Virus record (IMG/VR): IMGVR_UViG_3300045988_132224
Coordinates: 1-45,180 of that record
Source of the DNA: a virus
Length of the DNA: 45,180 bases
Reading direction: 5' to 3' (one strand)
The notes beneath the pieces are model-generated. The model was not told the DNA's origin and made no database searches. It saw only the letters and a list, made by a program, of their open reading frames with translations. Shown here in pieces: positions 32,878-41,893 of the stretch. The stretch's first letter is position 1. Every line of letters begins with the position of its first letter. A program made the position numbers and the translations under genes.

Positions 32878-34106
32878 TTGGCCACCATCGTCTTGCAGTA
32901 GTACCGAAGAGCATCCATGCTATGGTCACTCACCTTCAGCGGTTGCTCTTTCCCATTGGCCGCTGCTTTTTCATCCCATACATAGGTCTGGAACTCGGCC
33001 CATGTGTTAGTGCACTTACGGTTCAGCCTCAGCCGCCCCCGGCTAATCAACATGGCGGTTACTCGGATTCCATCGTTGACGCTGTTGTCCGCATCTTTTA
33101 CACGGAACCCCTTGCCCTGGCACACCAGCTTGAACGAAGCCGCTGACGGGTCGATGATGATAAAGTCAGGGTATTCGTCCCCAATGAAATTGACCAGGTC
33201 GTCGGCATACTGGGCATCCGTCTTCTGGCGCTGCATCGCCCGGCTGTCCCAGTAATACTCCCCATCTACCCAGATGGTTTCGCCATCGTCCAGGATGTCC
33301 AGGAACACCATAGGGTTCTTCGTCCCGTAGTCCACGGCGATGTATCGGCGGCAGCGGGACCGCATGGTCTTATTCAAATCGTCGTCGTTGTAAAGCATCG
33401 CATCGGACACCATATCGTAAATCAGCCCTTCGGCCAGAACCCACATGCCAAGGATCATGCGCTTATACCACATACCGGAGTAGGACCTTCTGATATTGGC
33501 CTTATACTCTGCCGGCAGGTTCGGGTTGTCGTCCAGCATGAAATGAATGTCTTTGACAACCCCATCTTGCAGCATCGATTCATTGGTGATGTATTCCTTG
33601 TACAGGTAATGCATTGGCGAGTCGGGGTTCGTTGTCCCATACAGCTTGGCACCTTTTACGCTCAGGCGGTTCAACAACTGCTTGAAGAAATGTTCCGGCA
33701 TTAGCGTCAGCTCGTCGCAATAGGCTCCGGCCAGCGTCTTGCCACGAATGAACTTTTCTGACCCCTCATCCTTCGCGCCGACTATTTTGATGCGCCGCGA
33801 GCGAGTGTCTCCTTTGGATTCCCAGAAGACGTCCAGCTCTCCGGACTGGCGATTGTATTTGTAGTGGTTGTCCCCCAGGGTATCGAATAGATCATTCAAG
33901 ACGTTGTCATATACAGTATCTTTGGACACGCCAGTCATCAGCAACAGTCCCGGTGGCCCAGTCATGATGTAGTTGATCCACTTCGGTATCATGCTAACGG
34001 TTTTCCCCGACCGGACGGAGCCTTCAAGAATAGTGATGAATGCATCGTCTGAAGGTGGCGTGCAGATGAACTCCAGGGCTTTACGTCCCCACTTTTGAAA
34101 TTCCAT
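32859..34106 (-). CDS. terL: Terminase large subunit (PBSX/XtmB-like)
   Basis: Walker A ILEGSVRSGKT, plus acidic nuclease-domain motifs near the C-terminus (IIIDPSA, VSDHSMDALRY). Confidence 0.9.
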   Translation of the reverse strand: MEFQKWGRKALEFICTPPSDDAFITILEGSVRSGKTVSMIPKWINYIMTGPPGLLLMTGVSKDTVYDNVLNDLFDTLGDNHYKYNRQSGELDVFWESKGDTRSRRIKIVGAKDEGSEKFIRGKTLAGAYCDELTLMPEHFFKQLLNRLSVKGAKLYGTTNPDSPMHYLYKEYITNESMLQDGVVKDIHFMLDDNPNLPAEYKANIRRSYSGMWYKRMILGMWVLAEGLIYDMVSDAMLYNDDDLNKTMRSRCRRYIAVDYGTKNPMVFLDILDDGETIWVDGEYYWDSRAMQRQKTDAQYADDLVNFIGDEYPDFIIIDPSAASFKLVCQGKGFRVKDADNSVNDGIRVTAMLISRGRLRLNRKCTNTWAEFQTYVWDEKAAANGKEQPLKVSDHSMDALRYYCKTMVAKWRLRE

Positions 34107-34588
34107 TATGTACCGTCACCTCCGTCTATACGCTCATATTCTTTAGATGCCGTCTGTATGGATTCAATCAATTGTTCCATGGCTGACTGATTTTCATGCA
34201 CGCCAGCAATGGTCCCCGATTGAGCTGCTTTTTCCTTGAGCTTTATTTCACGCGCTTTCATTCGCACATCGGCGGATTCGCCGAGTGTATCTAATAGAAG
34301 GCGCATCATCTGACTATTCCCCTTGCAGGCCGTTCGAATCAATGAGCCGAGGACGGCATCGCTCACCAACAGACTATCGTCCGTGATTTGTGCAGCCTTC
34401 ATGATTCCCGCTTTGAGGTCTTTAGGTAAATCGCTTAGGGGTAGAGAAATGGCCTCTTTCAGCATTAGCCGGAGAGCTTTCTTGCGCCGGCGCGCCTTTC
34501 CACTATTGAGCCCTCCTTTTCGGCCGTTTTCTCTAGCTTCGTTCTTGCTTCGTCGATTCGCCGGAACTAAATTTTCTTCGTTGGCCAT
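34106..34588 (-). CDS. terS: Terminase small subunit
   Basis: Basic N-terminus NGRKGGLNSGKARRRKK. Immediately upstream of terL, with an ATGA-type overlap. Confidence 0.7.
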   Translation of the reverse strand: MANEENLVPANRRSKNEARENGRKGGLNSGKARRRKKALRLMLKEAISLPLSDLPKDLKAGIMKAAQITDDSLLVSDAVLGSLIRTACKGNSQMMRLLLDTLGESADVRMKAREIKLKEKAAQSGTIAGVHENQSAMEQLIESIQTASKEYERIDGGDGT

Positions 34589-34691
34589 GTCACATACTCA
34601 CCACCATCCCTTTTGTGATATAAAAAAGGGACCCGCTGCCATGTCCCGTCCATCTCAGACACGTGCAACTAAGTCCCTATTCGTATGTATT

Positions 34692-34780
34692 TGGCGGAAA
34701 GTGTGGGATTCGAACCCACGGTGCGTTGCCGCATCACTAGTTTTCAAGACTAGCTCCTTAAACCACTCGGACACCTTTCC
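34692..34780 (-). tRNA. tRNA-Ser (anticodon UGA), CCA encoded
   Basis: Hand-folded: acceptor GGAAAGG/ACTTTCC, anticodon arm CTAGT-CTTGAAA-ACTAG, long variable arm, T-arm GTGGG-TTCGAAT-CCCAC. Confidence 0.85.
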
Positions 34781-34785
34781 ATGGC

Positions 34786-34861
34786 TGGCAGGAACGGAAG
34801 GACTCGAACCTTCAACAAATGGTTTTGGAGACCACTACTCTACCAGTTGAGCTACGTCCCT
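34786..34861 (-). tRNA. tRNA-Trp (anticodon CCA), CCA encoded
   Basis: Hand-folded: anticodon arm GTGGT-CTCCAAA-ACCAT, T-arm GAAGG-TTCGAGT-CCTTC. Confidence 0.85.
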
Positions 34862-34882
34862 ATGATATGCCCCAAAAGGGGA

Positions 34883-34956
34883 GGGCGGAGGCTGGACTCG
34901 AACCAGCGACAATGGGGCTTGCAAACCCTTGGCTCTACCAACTGAGCTACTCCGCC
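34883..34956 (-). tRNA. tRNA-like gene with irregular anticodon arm (UGC or GCA anticodon possible), no encoded CCA
   Basis: The acceptor (GGCGGAG/CTCCGCC), D-arm and T-arm (GCTGG-TTCGAGT-CCAGC) are perfect. The segment CAAGGGTTTGCAAGCCCCATTGTC is 1 nt too long and does not form a 5-bp stem with a 7-nt loop. Confidence 0.6.
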
Positions 34957-35190
34957 GTGCGGCGGCACAATGATTTATCATAGCGCCGCAGTCTAAAACA
35001 AGGAGGTGCATATCATGTGGTGACAGTGTGTGGGATGCGCAAGGGCAGCTGATGTACTGGTGCGTGACACGAGCCCCTCGCGTCATCCCCAACTCTCACG
35101 CTATTATCGTACCACGTCCGGCCAACTTTTTCCGTATTCAAATATTTTATTTTCTGCGCGTTTCTGTCGAAAAACGACACGAAAAAAAAG

Positions 35191-35721
35191 TTATCCACAA
35201 TTTTCATTATCCTTGTTACTGTCGATGAATACCAAGTGCGTCTGCATGGGAATGGATTCCTCGCCGAACATAGCTCCAGTCAGTCTCCGTAAGGCCTTGC
35301 GTGCCTCGTTCCGGCAGTATGTCACACTGGCACCCGCGAAGCTGGCTGTAGCCTCCCAGGACCAACCTTCAATGTATCGGGCATTAATGATGCGATAATC
35401 CACGGGGTTCGTCGCCTTCATCGCGTCCAAAGACCTTTCGAGTTTGCGTACCTTTGGCAGCATTTCCAGCAGATCATGATAGCTGTCTTCGAGCCGTTTT
35501 TCCAGGTCTTCCCGCCGAAAATATGCTCTCTCCTGCGGAGTATCTCCACTCCCACCTCCGCCTCCGGCAGTAGACATATCGGAGACTTTTGGAGCGGCTG
35601 AGAGTTTCAACATCTCTTTGTAGTCCTCGATTTCTGCTTCGATATTGGCCACGTATTGTTTAAATTCAGTGTATCGAGTCAAATATTCTTTTACCAGCAC
35701 AGTATAGTCGTTATGATACAT
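35191..35721 (-). CDS. Late-gene transcriptional activator (ArpU/RinA-like, sigma region-4-like HTH)
   Basis: Position upstream of terS. C-terminal motif YRIINARYIEGWSWEATASFAGASVTYCRNEARKALRRL. Confidence 0.65.
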   Translation of the reverse strand: MYHNDYTVLVKEYLTRYTEFKQYVANIEAEIEDYKEMLKLSAAPKVSDMSTAGGGGGSGDTPQERAYFRREDLEKRLEDSYHDLLEMLPKVRKLERSLDAMKATNPVDYRIINARYIEGWSWEATASFAGASVTYCRNEARKALRRLTGAMFGEESIPMQTHLVFIDSNKDNENCG

Positions 35722-35812
35722 AGCGCCCTCCTTTATAACGTGAGCAGCAGACAGGCCTTATCGGCCTGTCCGCTTTATAGGTTATCTATTCAAGTTTACG
35801 TCATTAGTGCTC

Positions 35813-36232
35813 TCACTTCCTCGCCCGTTTGGCCTTACGCCGGAGCTTCTGCAGCTCATCGTAATCGATCCAGCCGGTATCGCTGTACTTGTAGGACATG
35901 GCCACCCATCGAAGTTCCAGGTCTGGGTACTTATATGCGAATAGTTTTCGCTTGAGCTGGGCGTCTTCCATGCCATACCCCTTTACATCGATGACGATTT
36001 TATGCCCGTCGTCCAGGATTACGAGGAAGTCGGCAATGTAGTACATCGGCCGGTATTTCTTGCCGTATCGCTCGCAGGCCGGCTGTAGTTCATATTTTGG
36101 ATGGCACTCGATGTGGCAGATTTTTCCGTCCTCCTTCAGCCGTTTCAACCTGCAGTAATATTTCGCCTCCGTTCGACTATCGAAAGAGATGCCATCCACG
36201 ATGACTTTCTTGCTGTTTATCTTACTCGCCAT
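35813..36232 (-). CDS. DUF1064-like protein (putative nuclease/resolvase fold)
   Basis: The ATG at 36232 overlaps the upstream stop (TAATG). Motif IVDGISFDSRTEAKYY...YIADFLV...VIDVKG. Confidence 0.6.
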   Translation of the reverse strand: MASKINSKKVIVDGISFDSRTEAKYYCRLKRLKEDGKICHIECHPKYELQPACERYGKKYRPMYYIADFLVILDDGHKIVIDVKGYGMEDAQLKRKLFAYKYPDLELRWVAMSYKYSDTGWIDYDELQKLRRKAKRARK

Positions 36233-36465
36233 TAGCGCCCTCCCTTGTAGCGGTAGCCCTTCCTGGCCATTCGCTTGGCGTGTCGCACCCGGCTTTTTAC
36301 GGCGTGAGTCCGACAAAAACGCTGCCAGCCCCTTACGCCATAGTAGCGTTTCGCGCCACCTGGAATAATGCCCCATATGCTTTTACATATCGAGTTGAGT
36401 CGTTTAATGAGCGCTGCTGGTTCGACGCGCTCCCCATTCACTTTTACTTCAATCTTCATATCCAT
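36232..36465 (-). CDS. Hypothetical basic protein
   Basis: Distal part of ORF 36232..36525, starting at MDMKIEV after GAAAGG. Confidence 0.45.
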   Translation of the reverse strand: MDMKIEVKVNGERVEPAALIKRLNSICKSIWGIIPGGAKRYYGVRGWQRFCRTHAVKSRVRHAKRMARKGYRYKGGR

Positions 36466-36658
36466 GACCTGCCTTTCGTTTGAATCGCAATACCGGCGGA
36501 CAATGTTTGCCCCAATGATGCCCATTCAAATCCCGCTGGCCTTGTTTCGAGCTCCAGGGGAAATGCCGTTTCCGACGTTGTTCTTGATAATACTGTCTTT
36601 CTTCTTCGGTCATCTGCCGGCAATGTACCGGACCAGGTGTGTACCAATTATCTTCCAT
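36449..36658 (-). CDS. Hypothetical protein
   Basis: SD AGGAGAG lies 7 nt before the ATG at 36658. Confidence 0.45.
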   Translation of the reverse strand: MEDNWYTPGPVHCRQMTEEERQYYQEQRRKRHFPWSSKQGQRDLNGHHWGKHCPPVLRFKRKAGHGYED

Positions 36659-36673
36659 TATAAATCTCTCCTA

Positions 36674-36778
36674 TCATAAGCAATAAATGAGAGCAACTGC
36701 GAAGGCAATCCAGAACACTACGCAGTATCCCGCAATCAGCTTCCACATAATAACCTTCGTCCGATTGATTTCAATCAT
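36674..36778 (-). CDS. 34-aa single-TM peptide MIEINRTKVIMWKLIAGYCVVFWIAFAVALIYCL
   Basis: Hand translation. ATGA overlap with the stop of the upstream gene. Confidence 0.4.
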   Translation of the reverse strand: MIEINRTKVIMWKLIAGYCVVFWIAFAVALIYCL

Positions 36779-37296
36779 CCTCTCCCTCCTAACTTCCCCT
36801 GCTGCAATTCACGCTGTGGGACGACATGACCTTTCTGATCTTCTTCCCGCAGCCGTTTCAGCAGAGGCAATAATAAATTCACATAATCGTTCAGCGGTTC
36901 CTTCGTTTCGTTGTACTGGTCGATGTCTTTCCATCCATGGCCACCGATGATAGGCCGTATGACATAGCCATAGTTGTCATCCTTAACCAGCTCACAGCCA
37001 TTGGCACGAAGTGCACAAAGGATGGTTGCAAAATCACTGTCCAAAACAGCCGCCTGTAAAAGCAGCCAGGCCCATTGCCACCGGTCCGACGGATGGTATT
37101 TCTCGAAGTCGTCGGGATATTCCTCGACGGGCCAGTTTTCCGGCTTCCTGGCATTTTCCACATGCTGCACGATGTTTTCCACCAGGCCTTTGATGTCTGG
37201 ATCACGTTGCAGGAGCTGGGCATGAGGCGTTTCCATGGCTTCCAATACTTCACGGAACGCGGACCGGGCCCGGACAATCATTTCATTCCTTCCCAT
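36775..37296 (-). CDS. Hypothetical protein
   Basis: ORF track. Confidence 0.55.
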   Translation of the reverse strand: MGRNEMIVRARSAFREVLEAMETPHAQLLQRDPDIKGLVENIVQHVENARKPENWPVEEYPDDFEKYHPSDRWQWAWLLLQAAVLDSDFATILCALRANGCELVKDDNYGYVIRPIIGGHGWKDIDQYNETKEPLNDYVNLLLPLLKRLREEDQKGHVVPQRELQQGKLGGRG

Positions 37297-37305
37297 AGGC
37301 GCCTC

Positions 37306-37734
37306 CTAATCGTCGTCCAGCGGTTCAATCTGGACGTAGATGCCGGATAGAGATTGAGGAACATAGAACTTTTGGATACATTCCGACGCGACTTGAGCAT
37401 CATCCCGCCAGAAGCCCAGTGACGTCAGGACGTCCTTGAGCATCTTGACCAGGTTATCCGTATCGGGCTTGGTTGCCTTCCACGTTCCTTCCGGGTGCAG
37501 CTTCGTTGGCGGGTACATCCATTTCGTCGTCAATGCCACGGGCCCCATGATCGGCTGGGCTGGGCGGAACTTCGTAAAACTGGCCATGAACAGGGCCCGC
37601 GTTTCTTTGACGGCCGGCGGCTCATACGTATGTGGCTTGCCATCACGCCCGACGACGAGCTTTTTCATCTGATGCGTCGCCGACGGAATCCGCTGCATGG
37701 GTACGAAGAAATGAATCATGTTTTTATCTGTCAT
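37306..37734 (-). CDS. rusA: RusA-family Holliday junction resolvase
   Basis: KPDTDNLVKMLKDVLTSLGFWRDDAQV matches the RusA signature. Confidence 0.8.
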   Translation of the reverse strand: MTDKNMIHFFVPMQRIPSATHQMKKLVVGRDGKPHTYEPPAVKETRALFMASFTKFRPAQPIMGPVALTTKWMYPPTKLHPEGTWKATKPDTDNLVKMLKDVLTSLGFWRDDAQVASECIQKFYVPQSLSGIYVQIEPLDDD

Positions 37735-38011
37735 TATTCCCTACTCCTTTCCTTGTCTTCCAGTTTTTGAGCGTGGCGGCGTCTCCGCTGTCTACGCCCA
37801 ACAAATTGCACAAATAATTTGACGATGTGCCGCCATCATATCCCGTGTTGAATAAAATTAAGGAAGACACAACTTGTGAAAATGTTGTATGCCGTAAGCT
37901 ATGGAAGTTCAGGAAGTTTTCCATAATCCGCTCGGCCTTTTTGACATCGAAGCCATACGGCAAAATACGACGGCCAGCCGAATCTAAATATTCAATTTCT
38001 TGATTCATCAT
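37724..38011 (-). CDS. Hypothetical protein
   Basis: SD AAAGGAG precedes the ATG at 38011. The upstream part of ORF 37724..38059 is discounted. Confidence 0.5.
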   Translation of the reverse strand: MMNQEIEYLDSAGRRILPYGFDVKKAERIMENFLNFHSLRHTTFSQVVSSLILFNTGYDGGTSSNYLCNLLGVDSGDAATLKNWKTRKGVGNNDR

Positions 38012-38046
38012 TTTTTTTACTCCTTTCGTCGCCGCATGGTCCTGGT

Positions 38047-38275
38047 TCAGGGACCACAAATAGGAATAGGGACAAGGGGCACTTTCAGCCCCCTTGTTCC
38101 CCTATTTGTTGTCCCAAGGACCCACACGGATTTATGCATAAGGACAGGGACATTTATATATATATACGGATGTCTGTCCCTTTTGTCCCTATATTTATAC
38201 AGACACCTGTACCAATGTCCGCATAAATACACAATCACATACACCATGGACAATTGGGACAACTGTACAGATGTC
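38047..38275. repeat. Iteron-rich, AT-tract-containing putative replication origin
   Basis: At least 7 copies of GGGAC(A)/(T)GTCCC, a roughly 55-bp imperfect palindrome at 38056-38110, and an (AT)n tract at 38155-38166. Directly upstream of the primase-helicase gene. Confidence 0.5.
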
Positions 38276-40285
38276 TCAATCTTTTTTCACGACTTCACTA
38301 TTATTGACTTCCAGTTCAGGAAGTTCAGTAATATATCGACGAACCGTTTTTTCAGCAATGCCCATATATTCCGCTAAATCGCTAATCGTAACTTTTCCAT
38401 TGATGAGACAGGCATTATAAGCACTCTCAAGTTGTGCCATTTTTGCTTCTTTTCGCTTTCGTTGCGTTTCCCGTCCCTTCTGTCGTGGGTCTTTGTCGCA
38501 GTCTGGCGTGAGCTTGTCCAGCTCGCCGCTATCGTCGACGCGATGGATGGGGTACTCGAACCATATGTTTAATGGCTTGAAGGGTTCGAACTCGCGGAGC
38601 GTGCCTTCGATGCGCCAGGCCGTGCCAGGCAGGCCGACCTGGTCCGACGTGTTCAGCTGGATCATGTCCAGCAGGGCGTCGGCATCGCGGGCGAAGACGC
38701 CGGACCCGCTGGCCCGGTCCATGGACCGTTTGCTACCCTGGGCGCCCTTGCTGTGATGGTGACAGTAGATGACGGCGCAGTTCAACTCGGTGCAGACCTT
38801 GTCGAACTGGTTGCAGAAGTGGGCCATCTGGTCGGCGCTGTTTTCGTCGCCTGTGATGATCTTATAAATCGGGTCGATGATGATGGCCGTGTAGTTCTTC
38901 TTGGCTGCCCGGCGGATGAGCTTCGGCGCCAGCTTGTCCATAGGGATGGATTTGCCGCGCAGTTCCCAAATGTCGATATTGGCAATGTTGTTGGCCGGCC
39001 ATCCCAAGGCGTCGTATACGTCTTTAAAGCGGTGCAGACAACTCGGCCGGTCCAGTTCCAGGTTGACGTACAGGACGCGCCCCTGGGAGCAGTACCAGTT
39101 GAGCCACTTCCGGCCCTCGGCGATGGCGATGGCCATCTCGATGAGGGCGAAGGACTTGCCGGCTTTCGAAGGTCCTGCCAGCATCATCTTGTGTCCTTTC
39201 CGCAGCACGCCCTCAATAAGTGAAGGCGATAGCGGCGGCAGGTCGTTCCATACATCTTTCAGGCTTTCCGGCTCTGGAAGGTCGTCGTTGACGGCCTCGA
39301 TCCACTCGCGCCATTCCTGGAAAGTTTCCTTTCCCAGGTTGGTATCGATGAGAAACTGTTTCTTACCATCCCGCAGGACGCCAGGCATCCGGGACAACCG
39401 GGACGGGTTTCGGTTCTGCGTATCGATGGCCAAGCCGTTTTTGCGGCAGATGGCATAAAGGTAGTCAACGCGCTTCCGATATTCTTCATAGTTGCCGGCA
39501 TCGATGTGGACGATGGCATGCACGCTTTTCCCGCCGCTATAGACCAGGCAGGCAACTGGCAGTTCCAGCTGCCGGATGATTTCGTTCTGCTTCTCCAGTT
39601 CCATCGAATCGGATTCTACCAGGGCATAGCGGAAGTCCGTCACGTTTTCGTTGCGGACGCCTTTGCCGTCCAGCGGGTTGAACCGGATCCACGCGCCAGC
39701 TTTGGGATTATAGTCGCCCAGAACAGCACCCAAGTCCCCGTCACAAACTGTCAGCTCTTCGATGAGTTCACCTGCGGTGCGCCCATAGTTCCCTTTATTC
39801 GGCAGGAACTTCCCGTCTTTCTCCCAGGAACTCGTTACATAGCCGACATAGTCGGTACTATCAAACAGCGTCGACAGGTACTTGATGAGGTCTTTGACAG
39901 GGTCCCAGTTATCGCCGGGAGCTTCCAGTTCCCGGCCTTCAACCCAGTTTTTGTCTACAATGACCTGGTCGTCCCGTTCGGGAATCATGTCATCCCAGTC
40001 ATAGGCAATGTCGGGGCCGACTGATGAGGTCCAGCCGCCCCGCTTCGCCATGTCGACAATCGTAGCGCCGGTGACTAAAGACGTAGCGTTATTGTCAAAA
40101 GTGTTCCACTTCCGAATACATTCGCCGGGATGATACCGGCCGGCATCGCGAAGGCTCCAGGTGTCCCAGTCGGCGACGCTGTAGCCTTCGAGTTTTAATG
40201 CCATGCCTACATTTACCCACTCCTGATACGTGCAGAACGACGGGTCAATATAGTCCAGGAGGGGTATAAGATTGATATTTTCCAA
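38276..40285 (-). CDS. Primase/polymerase-like N-terminus fused to RecA/DnaB-like (AAA_25) helicase domain, with C-terminal HTH
   Basis: VYSGGKSVHAIVHIDA primase-like block. Walker A LAGPSKAGKSF and Walker B AIIIDPI. TTG start after AGGAGGG. Confidence 0.75.
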   Translation of the reverse strand: MENINLIPLLDYIDPSFCTYQEWVNVGMALKLEGYSVADWDTWSLRDAGRYHPGECIRKWNTFDNNATSLVTGATIVDMAKRGGWTSSVGPDIAYDWDDMIPERDDQVIVDKNWVEGRELEAPGDNWDPVKDLIKYLSTLFDSTDYVGYVTSSWEKDGKFLPNKGNYGRTAGELIEELTVCDGDLGAVLGDYNPKAGAWIRFNPLDGKGVRNENVTDFRYALVESDSMELEKQNEIIRQLELPVACLVYSGGKSVHAIVHIDAGNYEEYRKRVDYLYAICRKNGLAIDTQNRNPSRLSRMPGVLRDGKKQFLIDTNLGKETFQEWREWIEAVNDDLPEPESLKDVWNDLPPLSPSLIEGVLRKGHKMMLAGPSKAGKSFALIEMAIAIAEGRKWLNWYCSQGRVLYVNLELDRPSCLHRFKDVYDALGWPANNIANIDIWELRGKSIPMDKLAPKLIRRAAKKNYTAIIIDPIYKIITGDENSADQMAHFCNQFDKVCTELNCAVIYCHHHSKGAQGSKRSMDRASGSGVFARDADALLDMIQLNTSDQVGLPGTAWRIEGTLREFEPFKPLNIWFEYPIHRVDDSGELDKLTPDCDKDPRQKGRETQRKRKEAKMAQLESAYNACLINGKVTISDLAEYMGIAEKTVRRYITELPELEVNNSEVVKKD

Positions 40286-40300
40286 TATGCCCGCCCTCCT

Positions 40301-41893
40301 TTATTCTGGCTGGTACGTCGCCGGGATGATACCGGCCGGCATCCGCCAGCCAGCAGCGGCAATACGGCCGATGAGCTTAGACGCCGCTGCAAAGGACCAG
40401 GTGCCGACATGCCGGAAGCCGCGGGCCTCCAACAGCCGGATTTGCCGAGCCGTCGCAAGTCCCAGCTCCTTGCGCTTGATGAGCCGGTCCAGTAACAGCT
40501 TGGCCTTGCCGGCGTTTTCGATTTCATCGGGGAAGATACCGAACTTTTCCAGGGCTTTGAGTTGCTTGTCCGACGCCGGCATCATTTCCCAGCCAAAAGA
40601 AGGCACGTAATCTGCCAGGTCTTGTGCCTGGATGGACATTTCAAACTGCAGGGGATCTACCAGTTTCCGCTTGCGCTTCTTCATGGCTGCCAGCTTTTCG
40701 GTCAGGGCGGCTTCGCGATCGGCGACGACGTCTTCTGCCGCTTCCTTTTCCAGGACTTCCAGGTCTGCCGGCTCGCCGGACTCGTTGAGCTTTTCCGTCA
40801 TCTTCTTGGCCACGTCTTCCGTTTCGGCGATGAGGCAGGCCGGGCGGCACAGCTCATGCTTTTCCGTGTTCCAGAGGAAGTCGAGGAGCAGCACTTCTTT
40901 CTTGCCTGGGAAGAGCCGCGTGCCGCGTCCGACCATCTGACTGTACAGGCTGCGGCTCTTCGTAGCCCGCAGGACGATGACGCAGTCTACAGATGGGCAG
41001 TCCCAGCCTTCCGTCAGCAGCATCGAATTACAGAGGACGTTGTATTTACCGGCATCGAAGTCGGCCAGGACCTGCGCCCGGTCTTCGCTGTTGCCATTGA
41101 CTTCGGCGGCCCGGAAGCCGGCTTCATTCAGGATGTCACAGAATTTCTGGCTTGTCGCAACGAGCGGCAGGAAGACGACGGTCTTGCGGTCCTTGCAGTA
41201 GGTCTGCATTTCCCTGGCAATCTGGCCAAGATATGGGTCCAGTGCCGTCCCCAATTCACCGGCTTTATAGTCGCCGGCCGAAAAACCGACGCCGGAAATA
41301 TCGATCTGTAACGGGATCGTCTGGGCCACGATACGGCAGAGGTAGCCTTCTTTGATGGCCTGGACTAAACTGTATTCGTAGGCCAGGCTATCGTAATAGC
41401 TTCCCAGATTGCGCATATCGGCCCTGTCCGGCGTGGCCGTGACGCCTAAGACCTTGGCATCGGCGAAGTACTGCAAGACGCGCTGGTAGCTGTCTGAGAC
41501 GCTGTGATGGGCTTCGTCAATGATGATCGTGTCGAAGTAGTCCGCCGCAAATTGATGCAGCCGCTTTTCCCGCGTCAGTGTCTGGACACTGCCGACGACG
41601 ATGCGCCGCCAGGACCCGATGCAGGTCTGTTCGGCTTTTTCTACGGCGCTTTTCAGCCCCGTGGCTTTCTCAATCTTATCGCTGGCCTGCTCCAGCAGTT
41701 CGCCGCGATGGGCCATGATAAGGACCCGTTCGCCGACCCGGACCCGGTCTTCAGCAATTTTGGCGAAAACAATGGTCTTGCCGGTCCCTGTGGGAAGGAC
41801 CAGGAGTGTTTTGGTATGGCCGCTGTCCCATTCATGCAGGACGGCCTGTTCGGCCTCCTGCTGATAGGGACGCAGCGTGACGTCGCTGCTCAT
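40301..41893 (-). CDS. Superfamily-2 DEAD/DEAH helicase
   Basis: LPTGTGKT (motif I), IIIDEAHH (motif II), GVTATP (motif III), QMVGRGTR (motif VI). Confidence 0.85.
   Translation of the reverse strand: MSSDVTLRPYQQEAEQAVLHEWDSGHTKTLLVLPTGTGKTIVFAKIAEDRVRVGERVLIMAHRGELLEQASDKIEKATGLKSAVEKAEQTCIGSWRRIVVGSVQTLTREKRLHQFAADYFDTIIIDEAHHSVSDSYQRVLQYFADAKVLGVTATPDRADMRNLGSYYDSLAYEYSLVQAIKEGYLCRIVAQTIPLQIDISGVGFSAGDYKAGELGTALDPYLGQIAREMQTYCKDRKTVVFLPLVATSQKFCDILNEAGFRAAEVNGNSEDRAQVLADFDAGKYNVLCNSMLLTEGWDCPSVDCVIVLRATKSRSLYSQMVGRGTRLFPGKKEVLLLDFLWNTEKHELCRPACLIAETEDVAKKMTEKLNESGEPADLEVLEKEAAEDVVADREAALTEKLAAMKKRKRKLVDPLQFEMSIQAQDLADYVPSFGWEMMPASDKQLKALEKFGIFPDEIENAGKAKLLLDRLIKRKELGLATARQIRLLEARGFRHVGTWSFAAASKLIGRIAAAGWRMPAGIIPATYQPE

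Noticed and set aside
34600-34690. GGGAC/GTCCC motifs upstream of terS as binding sites shared with the origin
   Set aside because: There are only three short copies, so chance occurrence cannot be excluded. No further support is available from sequence alone.
34883-34956. Third tRNA-like gene as a partial host tRNA marking attP
   Set aside because: It is full length with intact acceptor and T-arms. It sits in a tRNA cluster 26 kb from the integrase, and arm-type repeats next to int are a better attP candidate.
36456-36647. 63-aa alternative-frame ORF overlapping ORF 36449..36658
   Set aside because: It has no SD, whereas the 69-aa frame has AGGAGAG 7 nt before its ATG.
38047-38262. 71-aa minus-strand ORF and the GGGAC repeats as a possible CRISPR or coding feature
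   Set aside because: The repeats are 5-6 nt, irregularly spaced and in both orientations, so they do not form a CRISPR array. The ORF lies in the iteron and AT-tract region and has odd composition, so an origin is the simpler reading.
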